From assembly GCA_964607485.1 (NCBI GenBank), contig CAZSKP010000016.1:37052-101051 (forward strand): a stretch of 64,000 nt of DNA, in the 5' to 3' direction. The notes beneath the pieces were generated by a model. It was not told the origin of the DNA. It ran no database searches and saw only the letters and a list, made by a program, of their open reading frames with translations. This stretch comes from an uncultured bacterium. GTDB taxonomy: Bacteria; Abyssobacteria; SURF-5. Positions 1-9,130 of this stretch are shown here, in pieces. Each line of letters begins with the position of its first letter. Positions within the stretch are counted from its first letter, which is position 1. The translations under genes were made by a program, and so were the position numbers.

Positions 1-30
1 GGAGCAGTCGGTCGGACCGGGAGGGGTGAG

Positions 31-642
31 ATGCAGGGAACACGCGACCGCGCAGTGGTCAAGCAGGGTCTGAAGCTTCTGCTTGTGAGGATTATCCTCG
101 GGGCGGCGGCGGCCGGAGCGGCCATCGCCCTGATGAGGGTCGTGAACAGGGGCGAGATTCTCGTAGCGCTCTTCGTCGGCCTCGTGCCCGGCATAGTGGA
201 CAGGTCGCTCAAGAAGCTTGTGGCCGGCGCGGTTCTCGGCTTAGTCGGCTACAACGTGGGCGCCCGCGTCGGCGTGCTCATCGCGAAGTCGGCCAGCGGA
301 GTGCCTTTGGGCCACTGGGCGATAACCGGCGCCTTCATCGGAATGACGGCTGGCATCTCCCGCAAGCCGGGGCAATGGTTCTCGTTTCGCGTGATGGTGC
401 GATCGTTCGGAATCGTTTACGGCTTTGTCCTCGGCCTGATATTCGGCGTGATGGGCGATATAGGGGGATTCGTTACAATCCCGGCTTACAAACTGCCTCT
501 ATTCTATTATATGAGAGAGGTCTCGCTCGTCTGCGCCGGCGTGTTCATCAACCTCGGCGTTGGCGTGGCGTGCATACTCACGGCCTCGCTCAACAACGGG
601 CTTTGGCGCGTTGCCAGGGCCGTCGAGAAAATCGAGGCGTAA
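31..642 (+). CDS. Hypothetical multi-pass membrane protein
   Basis: 203-aa ORF with several Gly-rich hydrophobic helices; RBS-like GGAGGGG upstream. Confidence 0.75.
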   Translation: MQGTRDRAVVKQGLKLLLVRIILGAAAAGAAIALMRVVNRGEILVALFVGLVPGIVDRSLKKLVAGAVLGLVGYNVGARVGVLIAKSASGVPLGHWAITGAFIGMTAGISRKPGQWFSFRVMVRSFGIVYGFVLGLIFGVMGDIGGFVTIPAYKLPLFYYMREVSLVCAGVFINLGVGVACILTASLNNGLWRVARAVEKIEA

Positions 643-729
643 GCGGCGCGGCTGGAATGGCCGCTTCGAGATAAATGGGGCACACTTAGGAAACACATGG
701 GGCGGGCAAACCGCCTCCAGGGGAGCACC

Positions 730-1785
730 ATGAAACAGAAATTTCTCTGCGGCGAGACTCTCGGCGGCGCCGACCGCGCAAGGTTGGTGTCGCGCCGTGA
801 TTTCATACGGGCCGCCGCCGTAGGCGCCGCCGGCGCGGCGTTGGCGGGACCGCACGTGGCGTGCTCGGCCGGTTCACATTCACCCCGAAAGGGCCTGGGA
901 AACATCTTCATGCAGGACGACAGGCCGCTGCTGGTCGTCGTCGAGGGCACCGACCTCCGCACAATGCTCGAGGCGGGACTCGATGCGCTGGGCGGATTGA
1001 ACAGGCTCGTCGAGGGAAAGAAGGTCGTGCTGAAACCGAACGTGGTCGCCTCGCAGCCTCCGCCCGTGACGACCGACATCGAGCTGGTGACGGCCCTCGC
1101 CGGACATGCTCGCGAGTCGGGAGCACACTCGGTATCGGTCTGCGACTCCAACAGCAGCGGCGTCAGCAAGGCCGGAAAATTTGAGGCCGTGCACTATCCC
1201 GCTCGTCTGAAAGAGGCCGGGATCGAGCTCGACGCGGTGGACTTCGGCGACAGGATGGCCCATGTCTTCGTCAGCAACGAGAACTGGCGTTCGCATCCGA
1301 CCATCGGAGTCGTGAAAACGCTGTACGAGGCCGACGTCATCGTCAATCTTCCGATGATAAAGCGGCACGACGCCGCCCGGTTCACCTGCGCGCTCAAGAA
1401 CCATTTCGGGTCGGTGTACGGGCCGCTCAGGTTCGTCGCGCACAGTAAGCTGCGCATAAGCGATAAGGGCAGGAAATTTTTCGACAGGGCGCTTGCCGAG
1501 TTCGCGGATTCGGTGCGGTCGGAGTTGAACATCGTGGACGCACGCACGCTGCTCGTTCGTGACGGCCCGACGCTTGGCGGCAGGTCCGAGGTCAAATCGG
1601 GCGTCAACAGGATAATTCTCTGCGGCGACATGCTGGCGACCGACGTTTACTGCTCGCAACTCATGCAGGAGCACGACGACACGTTTTCGCCCGACATGAT
1701 TTCTATCCAACACGAAACCGCCGAGAGGCTGGGGCTCGGCGAGAGGGATTTGAAGAATGTGGTTATCAAAGAAATCATCGCGTGA
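730..1785 (+). CDS. DUF362 domain protein with Tat signal peptide
   Basis: SRRDFIRAAA twin-arginine motif; DUF362 motifs VVLKPN and NLPMIKRH...TCALKNHFG; ATG at 730 after GGGAG. Confidence 0.85.
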   Translation: MKQKFLCGETLGGADRARLVSRRDFIRAAAVGAAGAALAGPHVACSAGSHSPRKGLGNIFMQDDRPLLVVVEGTDLRTMLEAGLDALGGLNRLVEGKKVVLKPNVVASQPPPVTTDIELVTALAGHARESGAHSVSVCDSNSSGVSKAGKFEAVHYPARLKEAGIELDAVDFGDRMAHVFVSNENWRSHPTIGVVKTLYEADVIVNLPMIKRHDAARFTCALKNHFGSVYGPLRFVAHSKLRISDKGRKFFDRALAEFADSVRSELNIVDARTLLVRDGPTLGGRSEVKSGVNRIILCGDMLATDVYCSQLMQEHDDTFSPDMISIQHETAERLGLGERDLKNVVIKEIIA

Positions 1786-2785
1786 GCGAATCGCCCGCCT
1801 GACGTTGCTCTGTCCCTTCCTGTTCGCGCTGGCGCTTTTCGCCGCCGCTTCGTGCGGGGGCGAGCCTTCTACGCAGGGGACGGAAACTTCAAAGAAAGCT
1901 GGCTCGGAAGAGCAGATGGTCGAACGCCTCTTGCCCACCTCGGGCGAGGTCGGCGGCTGGGAGCGCGAGGGCGAGCCAATGAGCTTCCGGGGAGAGGGCC
2001 TCTTCGACCACATCGACGGCGGAGCCGACATCTATTTCGAATACGGATTCGTCACGGTCGTGACGCAAGAGTATAAGAAGGAAGACGAGGCCGTCTCCAT
2101 CGAGATATACTGCATGGACGACCCGGCGGCGGCGTTCGGAATCTATTCTTACAACCGGCATCCCACGCTCTCTCCGGTCGAGGTGGGAAGCGACGGCGCG
2201 ATTCACCCTTACGGCCTCTTCTTCTGGCAGGACAGGTACTATGTGGACATCCGCCAGCTTGGCGCGGCGACGATATCGAGCGAGGAGTTCGTGGCCCTCG
2301 CGAAAGCAGTCGAGAAGAAGATCGGAACGAAGGTGGACGCACCCGGCATCATGAAGCTCTTGCCGGAAGAGAACATGGTCCCGCGAAGCATGGTGTTTGC
2401 CCGGGGCAAGCTCGGAATAAACAATCAGGTGTATGTCGCGCGCGAGGACCTCTTCGGGCTCGAAAAGGGCGAGGCCGCGGCTATTGCGCGGTACAGAATC
2501 GGCCAGCCGGAGTTTTCGGTCATAATCGCGCAGTACGCGAGCAAGGAAGCCTGCCGAAAGGCGTTCCTGCGGCTTCGCGAGCATTTCCTCGGCAGCGAAA
2601 GCACGAACGAGAATGAATTCGTCGTTGTCCCCAGGCCGGCAAAACACTACGCCGTCCGCAGGGTGGGGGACAGGTTGGTCGTCGTCGCCAACGCCGACAG
2701 CCGGGAAAACGCGCTCAATATGCTCGACCGTGTTTCGGAGCGGCTGGGCTCACAGGCCCCCGTCGCCGGCGCGTCGGCTGAATAG
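1757..2785 (+). CDS. DUF6599-like lipoprotein (start uncertain)
   Basis: Lipobox AAASC; LFDHIDGGADIYFEYGF and AFGIYS motifs typical of this family, which often neighbours DUF362. Confidence 0.7.
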   Translation: MWLSKKSSRERIARLTLLCPFLFALALFAAASCGGEPSTQGTETSKKAGSEEQMVERLLPTSGEVGGWEREGEPMSFRGEGLFDHIDGGADIYFEYGFVTVVTQEYKKEDEAVSIEIYCMDDPAAAFGIYSYNRHPTLSPVEVGSDGAIHPYGLFFWQDRYYVDIRQLGAATISSEEFVALAKAVEKKIGTKVDAPGIMKLLPEENMVPRSMVFARGKLGINNQVYVAREDLFGLEKGEAAAIARYRIGQPEFSVIIAQYASKEACRKAFLRLREHFLGSESTNENEFVVVPRPAKHYAVRRVGDRLVVVANADSRENALNMLDRVSERLGSQAPVAGASAE

Positions 2786-2792
2786 AAATCTT

Positions 2793-2948
2793 ATGGGCAA
2801 GCTGATCGACAAACTGAAGAGATACCTGTGGCTGCTGGCCCTCATTGCCGCCCTCGTCGTCGGCGGCTACGGCCTGTACCGCGGGGAGGCCATCGAGGTG
2901 TTCGAGAAGGCTCGAACCATCTGCCTCGAGTGTATAGGTATCGGATGA
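2793..2948 (+). CDS. Small membrane CXXC protein (CD1871A family)
   Basis: 51 aa, one TM helix, C-terminus KARTICLECIGIG; stop overlaps the next ATG (ATGA). Confidence 0.85.
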   Translation: MGKLIDKLKRYLWLLALIAALVVGGYGLYRGEAIEVFEKARTICLECIGIG

Positions 2949-3802
2949 AGCGCCGCCCCTTCCAGCTCATAAGCACAATAATCACAAATTCTTACGTGCA
3001 AGGCCTCTTCGTGGGGCAGATCCTCTACAGGGGCCCGCTCAAGTACTTCTGCGTGCCGAGCTTCAACTGCTACTCCTGCCCGCTGGCGATCTTCGCATGC
3101 CCCATCGGCGCAATGCAAGCCGTGGCGGCCGGATTCGCCTACCGGTTCGCATTTTACGTGGTCGGGATTCTCGGTGTCGTCGGCGCGGTCGTCGGGCGGA
3201 TGGCGTGCGGCTGGATATGTCCGTTCGGCCTGCTGCAGGAATACCTCTATAAAATCCCCTCGCCGAAACTTAGGATTCCCCGCTTCCTGAACTATGCGAA
3301 GTACGTGTTTCTGGTCGTGATGGTCATCCTCATGCCGGCGTTTCTCGTCAACGAATTCGGAGTTGGCGAGCCGTATTTCTGCAAGCTGGTGTGTCCGGCG
3401 GGCACGCTCGAGGCCGGCATCCCGCTTCCTTTGATTGAGCCGGCGCTGAAGAACCAGCTCGGCGGGCTGTATGCGCTCAAGATAGGCATCCTGGTGTTCT
3501 TCCTCGTTTGGATGGTCGTGAGCCGCCGCGCGTTCTGCCGGACGACCTGTCCGCTGGGCGCGATTTACTCGCTCTTCAATCGGTTCAGCCTCTACAGCAT
3601 GAGCTGGAACGCGACCACCTGCATAAAGTGCGACGAGTGCTACAAGCAGTGTCCGATGGACTTGAAGGTGTACGAAAGCCCCAACGCCGCGAACTGCATC
3701 CGCTGCCTCAAGTGCCGCGACAATTGTCCGACCGGTTCCATCGCCTACTCGCACCGCCTCCTCCACACCCCGCCCGCCGAAACCGAACCCCAGCCGAACT
3801 AG
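2945..3802 (+). CDS. Membrane-bound 4Fe-4S binding protein (NapH/MauN/polyferredoxin-like)
   Basis: CGWICPFG and CRTTCPLG motifs, TM helices, two C-terminal CxxCxxCxxxCP ferredoxin motifs. Confidence 0.9.
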   Translation: MKRRPFQLISTIITNSYVQGLFVGQILYRGPLKYFCVPSFNCYSCPLAIFACPIGAMQAVAAGFAYRFAFYVVGILGVVGAVVGRMACGWICPFGLLQEYLYKIPSPKLRIPRFLNYAKYVFLVVMVILMPAFLVNEFGVGEPYFCKLVCPAGTLEAGIPLPLIEPALKNQLGGLYALKIGILVFFLVWMVVSRRAFCRTTCPLGAIYSLFNRFSLYSMSWNATTCIKCDECYKQCPMDLKVYESPNAANCIRCLKCRDNCPTGSIAYSHRLLHTPPAETEPQPN

Positions 3803-3946
3803 CGGACATATCGCAAGGCCCCAAGCCGCCCCAACCACAGACAAATTCGGACAAATACAGACTACTCTAAACAAATACAGACGATTCTAGAATAATAAAG
3901 CATAATCAGCACAATTCGTGCGCATTCATGAAATTCGTCGTCTAAA

Positions 3947-4133
3947 CGGCCTGTTGCCCGAACCATTTCTGGGTCATTGCGAGGGAGGGTCAACGACCCG
4001 ACCGAAGCAATCTCGAAGGCGTCTTCCACTTATTATCGGGATTGCTTCGTTGCTCGAGCCTATGGCTCTTCGCTCCTCGCAATGACGAGACATAGGAACT
4101 TTCTTGTGCGCGAAATTACTTTGGCAACACACC
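3947..4133. mobile_element. MITE-like palindromic repeat, copy 1
   Basis: Imperfect TIRs (CGGCCTGTTGCCCGAA ... TTTGGCAACACACCG); core GTCATTGCGAG...GAAGCAATC...GATTGCTTC...CTCGCAATGAC at 3973-4086. Confidence 0.75.
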
Positions 4134-4258
4134 GCAAGATACTTATTGTTCGTCTGGTTTACCGCTTGCATTCCTATCTCGCCTTGGAGTAGAATTGTGC
4201 GGGGATTGGGGGCGGATTTTTTTCACTGTTCCTCAGTCGAACAACACGGGAGGTTGCT

Positions 4259-5611
4259 GTGACGAGCACGTTCAGGAAGAAGGAAGCGGATGTCGTCGTG
4301 GTCGGCTCCGGGCCTGGCGGCGCGACGGTCGCGCGCCAGCTCGCGCGTGCGGGCAAGAACGTCGTTCTGCTTGAATACGGGAAGGACCATCGCGGCAAAT
4401 TCTATTACGGCACTCATTTCGGATGCCTGCTCTATTGCGACAAGATGGGCCTCCTGATGACGAAGGAGGGCCTGAACATCATTCGCCCGCTCATGGTCGG
4501 CGGCGCGACCAACCTTTTCTGCGGATGCGCCTCGCCGCCGCCGCCGTGGTTCAAGGAGAAGTACAAGGTCGATATCGATGATCAGGTGAACGAGACCATC
4601 GAGGAGCTGAAGATCGCTCCGTTGCCCGACCACCTGCTCGGCTCGGCGTCGAGGCGGATGATGGAGGCCGCCAACGAGCTTGGCTACGCCTTTGAGCCGC
4701 AGGCGAAGTTTATGGACGCGTCGCGCACGCAGTTCGACTGCGGCGCGAAGTGCATGCTCGGCTGCCGGTGCGGCGCGAAATGGTCGGCGAGCGAGTTCGT
4801 CGACGACGCCGTCGCCGCCGGCTGCGAGCTGATGACGCAGGCGAAGGTGAGCGACGTGATGATCGACCACGGCCAGGTCATAGGCGTCCGCGGCAAACTC
4901 AAGCGGAAGGACCCGTTCGAAATATACGCCGACACGGTCGTCGTGTCCGCCGGCGGCATCGGCACGCCCATCATCCTCCAGCACTCCGGCCTGTTCGACG
5001 CGGGCAAGGGGATGACGATGGACACGACCGCGATGGTCTATGGCGTCGCCAAGTTGCGGGGCAACTCCGCCGACGCGCCGATGACCGTCTCGTGGTGCGA
5101 CGACGAACACGGATACATGCTCAGCACGCTCATCGACCCGTGGATGCTGTACCCGATGATCATGACGCTCAAGGGGCCGAAGTATCCGTTCACCGCCGTC
5201 CATTACCGCCGCACGCTCGGCATGATGATAAAGGTGAAAGACGAGATCGCGGGCGGCATCACGATGGAGGGCAAGATAAGCAAGCCGATGACCGACCGCG
5301 ACCAGCAGCGGCTCAATCACGCCTCGATCGTGTGCAGAAAGATTCTGATGCGGGCGGGCTGCGACTCGGAATCCGTCTTCGTCACGCCGCTTCGCGGAAC
5401 GCATCCGAGCGGCACGGTGCGCATCGGCGAGATGCTCGACACCGACCTGCAGACCGAGGTCAAGGGGCTTTACGTGTGCGACGCGAGCACGTTCCCCGAG
5501 GCGCTCGACAGGCCGACCGTGCTCACCATCATCAGCCTCGCCAAGCGGCTTTCTGAACACCTGCTGAAAAAGAAACCACCCGCCAAAGCGAAGGCGAAGG
5601 CGGCCCGATAG
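4259..5611 (+). CDS. GMC family FAD-dependent oxidoreductase
   Basis: DVVVVGSGPGG FAD motif, VGGAT, HPSGT and GLYVCDASTFP; GGAGG before GTG. Confidence 0.9.
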   Translation: MTSTFRKKEADVVVVGSGPGGATVARQLARAGKNVVLLEYGKDHRGKFYYGTHFGCLLYCDKMGLLMTKEGLNIIRPLMVGGATNLFCGCASPPPPWFKEKYKVDIDDQVNETIEELKIAPLPDHLLGSASRRMMEAANELGYAFEPQAKFMDASRTQFDCGAKCMLGCRCGAKWSASEFVDDAVAAGCELMTQAKVSDVMIDHGQVIGVRGKLKRKDPFEIYADTVVVSAGGIGTPIILQHSGLFDAGKGMTMDTTAMVYGVAKLRGNSADAPMTVSWCDDEHGYMLSTLIDPWMLYPMIMTLKGPKYPFTAVHYRRTLGMMIKVKDEIAGGITMEGKISKPMTDRDQQRLNHASIVCRKILMRAGCDSESVFVTPLRGTHPSGTVRIGEMLDTDLQTEVKGLYVCDASTFPEALDRPTVLTIISLAKRLSEHLLKKKPPAKAKAKAAR

Positions 5612-5621
5612 CCAGTGAAAC

Positions 5622-5656
5622 AAAAACGCGCGGCGGCACGGATGCCGCCACGCGTT
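5622..5656 (-). terminator. Intrinsic terminator between convergent genes
   Basis: Hairpin AACGCG(C)GGCGGCA-CGGA-TGCCGCC(A)CGCGTT with an A-run on the left (U-tail on the minus strand). Confidence 0.7.
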
Positions 5657-5687
5657 GGCCTCTCCTCTCCATCGGCGCTGGGGCTGA

Positions 5688-6296
5688 TTATGAGCCGATA
5701 ACGAATATCTCGTTCTTCACGTCTTTCACGCCGGGAACGCTTCTTGCAATCTGTTCCGCGGCCATCTTTTCTTTCACATTATCCGCCGAGCCTCTGAGTG
5801 TCACGAAGCCGTTGTATGTGTGCGCGCCTATCCACGTGCCCGTTACTCTCGGGCTCGCGATAAGATCCGCCTTTATCCTTCGTGAAATCCAGAAGTCGTC
5901 CAAGCCCTGCTCAAAGGACCGTTTCTCGGCCGGCTTGGCCTTGTAGTTCGGGTCCACTCTCAGCATGTCCACGACACCCTTCACGCCGGATGTGTTCTTG
6001 GCTATCTGCAGAGCGCGGTCCCGTTCGGCCACGTTGGGTACGTACCCGTACACATACGCGATGCCGTTTTCCGTCTTCACATCGACGTCGAACGTGTTGA
6101 TCTTTCTGTCGAGGAAATATTCGGACTCCAGCCGTGTGGAGAGCCACCCGTCGGAGAGCCGGGCTCCGAGCGTCTTCTTGGCCGGCGCCTCGGCCTCGCC
6201 CTTGGCCATCACAGCCGTCGCAGGCAACATAAGCGCCACGGCAAGCACCAGCGCCGCCGCATATTTCCCGATTTCAGCCTTTGTTAGTGGAAGCAT
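5688..6296 (-). CDS. Periplasmic dual-BON domain protein (OsmY-like)
   Basis: Signal peptide ending AMA; two BON repeats (GVKGVVD, GVKDVKN). Confidence 0.9.
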   Translation of the reverse strand: MLPLTKAEIGKYAAALVLAVALMLPATAVMAKGEAEAPAKKTLGARLSDGWLSTRLESEYFLDRKINTFDVDVKTENGIAYVYGYVPNVAERDRALQIAKNTSGVKGVVDMLRVDPNYKAKPAEKRSFEQGLDDFWISRRIKADLIASPRVTGTWIGAHTYNGFVTLRGSADNVKEKMAAEQIARSVPGVKDVKNEIFVIGS

Positions 6297-6442
6297 CTTT
6301 CAGCCCCCCTTTCTTTACTGCAAACCTCTTTACCTAAGTATGCTCTCGACCGCCCCACGGAGGCAATAGGCGGCGTTTCGGGTAGTCATTCAGCCGATGG
6401 GCGCACGACATGGTAGTGGGTTTGGGGGTCGGGCTGTTCGGC

Positions 6443-6470
6443 GTAGGGGCGGTTCGCGAACCGCCCCTAC
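6443..6470. repeat. GTAG-type REP-like perfect palindrome
   Basis: GTAGGGGCGGTTCGCGAACCGCCCCTAC, a 28-bp perfect inverted repeat, intergenic. Confidence 0.75.
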
Positions 6471-6565
6471 AATGCTGGCAACGGCCTCCTTAGAGCACCC
6501 GCAAAGGTGACCAGAAATCGTGCATTCCTATCTATTGTTTCGCACATCCCTTGCCGATTTTTCCG

Positions 6566-6594
6566 TTGACTTCTCCCATGACACATGGTAAGTT
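6566..6594 (+). promoter_or_regulatory. Putative sigma70 promoter
   Basis: TTGACT-17-TAAGTT with TG extension, upstream of 6655. Confidence 0.4.
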
Positions 6595-6654
6595 TGTTCA
6601 ACGTTCGAGAAGTCGTGAAATGGGCCGGATTGTCCGCGTAGCTGGAGACAAATC

Positions 6655-7638
6655 ATGAAAATTCTCGTCACCGGTGGCTCGGGATATATCGGTTCCGCCG
6701 TCGTGAGGGAACTTCTGAAGGGCAAGAACAAGGTTAGGGTGCTCGTGAGGGAGTCCGACGACCTCCGCAACCTCGAAGGGCTCAAGGTGGAGCTGGTGTA
6801 CGGCGACATCACCGACTTCCATTCGGTAATGAGCGCGCTCGACGGGTGCGGCCGAGTGTTCCATCTCGCGGCCATCTATGCAATCTGGCTGCCCGAGCCG
6901 AGGATGATGTACTGGGTGAACGTCCAGGGAACGAAGAACGTGCTCGAGGCGTGCATGCAGACGAAGATAAAGAAGGTCGTGTACACAAGCTCCGTCGCCG
7001 CGCTCGGCGCGCACGGGAAAGACCACCCCGCCGACGAATCGGCCCAGTTCAACCTCTGGCATACGAAGGACAACTACTACATATCCAAGTTCCGGGCCGA
7101 GCAGGTGGTTCTCGACTATTTCCGGCGCGGCCTGCCCGTTGTGATTGTGAACCCCACGAACCCCTGCGGCCCGCGCGACATGATGCCGACCCCCAACGGC
7201 GAGCTCATCATCAACATCATCAAGGGAAAGCTGCCCGGCTACGTCGACGGCGGCATCAACGTGTCCGACATCGGCGATACGGCGAAGGGGCACGTGCTCG
7301 CGATGGAAAAAGGGACGCCGGGCGAGAAATACGTCCTCGGCAACACCAACGTGTCGGTCAAGGAATACTTCGACCTGATAGCGCAGATAGGAGGCGGCAA
7401 GTCGCCGTCGATAAGGATTCCCAGGTCGGTCGCCGTTTTTTCCGGATACCTGTACCAGCTCTTGGCGGCGGTCACGCGAAAGCCGCCGGTCACCACTGCC
7501 GCCTGGGTGCGCGTCGGCAGCGAATACTCGTTCTGGGATTCCTCGAAGGCGGTGAAAGAGCTCGGCATGCCCCAGACTCCCATCCGTGAAAGCATCGAGA
7601 GCGCCATCGGCTGGTTCAGGGAGAACGGATACTTGTGA
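6655..7638 (+). CDS. NAD-dependent epimerase/dehydratase (dihydroflavonol reductase/HpnA-like extended SDR)
   Basis: ILVTGGSGYIG, VFHLAA, YTSS and YxxSK motifs. Confidence 0.9.
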   Translation: MKILVTGGSGYIGSAVVRELLKGKNKVRVLVRESDDLRNLEGLKVELVYGDITDFHSVMSALDGCGRVFHLAAIYAIWLPEPRMMYWVNVQGTKNVLEACMQTKIKKVVYTSSVAALGAHGKDHPADESAQFNLWHTKDNYYISKFRAEQVVLDYFRRGLPVVIVNPTNPCGPRDMMPTPNGELIINIIKGKLPGYVDGGINVSDIGDTAKGHVLAMEKGTPGEKYVLGNTNVSVKEYFDLIAQIGGGKSPSIRIPRSVAVFSGYLYQLLAAVTRKPPVTTAAWVRVGSEYSFWDSSKAVKELGMPQTPIRESIESAIGWFRENGYL

Positions 7639-7699
7639 GGAACGACAGCGCGGAGCGGTGTGTGCCTGCGAGGAAATGCTAGTCGGAGCTGTTAGTAAT

Positions 7700-7800
7700 T
7701 GTCATTCTGAGCGCAGCGAAGAATCTCAAAGAAGATTGCGGCAGGCCGACGAAAGAGGAGATCCTTCACTTGGGCCTGCGGCCCTTCGTTCAGGATGACA
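7700..7800. repeat. Palindromic element, TGTCATTCTGAGC subtype
   Basis: TGTCATTCTGAGCG...GAAGAATCTC...GAGATCCTTC...CGTTCAGGATGACA nested inverted repeats. Confidence 0.7.
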
Positions 7801-7871
7801 AGAGAGTGAAGCATTTTGTGCTTCCCGTGGCAAAGTCGGAATAATGGCGATGATCTGACATAATCCCCTTC

Positions 7872-9047
7872 ATGAATCTGAGTGAAATCGTCGATAAAGT
7901 AATTCAGTTGCGGCAGGGGCCATCGCCCGACGAGCACGTCGCCGAGTACATCGAGTCAACCCTGAGGGCTTCCGGCGCGCAGGTTCACACGCAGGCGTTT
8001 GTCTTTTCGGATCGAACGCTCGCCTTAGTCGGCGCGGCAGTCTTCCTGCTGTCGGTATTGTTCCTTTTGAGCCTATGGAAATGGTGGCGTCGCGCCGCGT
8101 TTCTGTCGGGACTCGCAATCCCTCTTATTCTCCTGATGGAACTCTCGCTCGGTTTCCACGTGGTGAGCTGGCCGGGCCAGAAGAAAGCGGTAAACATTGT
8201 CGTGGACTTCCCCGTTCAGGACACCGCACGCACGGTCATCGTGGGAACCCATATATCGGCAACCGACCATAGGGGAGCCGCAACGCCTCCGGGACGATTC
8301 GCGGAGACGGTCTCGGCCTTTTTGTTGCCGGTGACGCTGGTAATGGCGCTGCTGGGACTCTGGCAACTCGCCAGGTATTTTGGTAAGATTGATTTCGAGG
8401 ATGCGCACACGATTGTCCTGATTATGGGGGCCGTGTGTGCCGTTTACTACGCGCTGTGGTTCGGAATGCTGTTGGATCGCGTGGGATTGCGGGTTGCGAA
8501 ATCCGACCTGAGTGATAATGCCGGTTCAATCGCCGTGCTGACCGGACTCGCGCAGGAATTGCCGAAAAAATATCCGCGGCTCGAAAACACATGGGTTACG
8601 GTCGCGTTTTTCGGCGGAACCGAACGGGGCGACTACGGAGCTAAGTCGTTGGCAAAAAGTCTTTCGAAGAAAACGGGCCAGAAGCGGCCGACGTATTACA
8701 TAGGATGCGACGGAATGGGTAGGGGCGGCCCGCATGCGTACGTGATTCCCGGCAATGAACCCCCTGGGGCGCTTTATGCCGACCGCGAGTTAATCCGCAT
8801 TATGGATCGCGCCGCCGTCGCCGTTACCGGTCGCCAGCCCGAAACGGAGCTCTCGACGGTATCAGACGCCGAGGAATTCGCCGCATATGGCTATCCCGCG
8901 GTTGTAATCACGACACTGCCGACGCCGGCAGACGACACGGGCGGCGGCCCGTCCGGATTTAATCCGATAGATAGAGGTCAGCTACTGCTCAGCCTGCAAT
9001 TAGTCGAGAGGACGCTCTTGGAATTCGAGAAACCGCTGATTCGTTGA
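7872..9047 (+). CDS. Membrane protein with M28 peptidase-like fold (degenerate)
   Basis: Four TM helices; VIVGTH, DNAGS and YIGCD resemble M28 motifs. Confidence 0.65.
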   Translation: MNLSEIVDKVIQLRQGPSPDEHVAEYIESTLRASGAQVHTQAFVFSDRTLALVGAAVFLLSVLFLLSLWKWWRRAAFLSGLAIPLILLMELSLGFHVVSWPGQKKAVNIVVDFPVQDTARTVIVGTHISATDHRGAATPPGRFAETVSAFLLPVTLVMALLGLWQLARYFGKIDFEDAHTIVLIMGAVCAVYYALWFGMLLDRVGLRVAKSDLSDNAGSIAVLTGLAQELPKKYPRLENTWVTVAFFGGTERGDYGAKSLAKSLSKKTGQKRPTYYIGCDGMGRGGPHAYVIPGNEPPGALYADRELIRIMDRAAVAVTGRQPETELSTVSDAEEFAAYGYPAVVITTLPTPADDTGGGPSGFNPIDRGQLLLSLQLVERTLLEFEKPLIR

Positions 9048-9130
9048 GGAAGGTCTGCAACCCATGGCCCGGAGCATCCGGAAAGGTGCGACACCGAGAA
9101 GCGTTAGTTTCGATTAATGGGAGGTGCCGA

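Noticed and set aside
2946-2948. Sec read-through of the CXXC micro-protein UGA
   Set aside because: The family naturally ends at CIGIG, and the UGA is part of an ATGA coupling to the next gene
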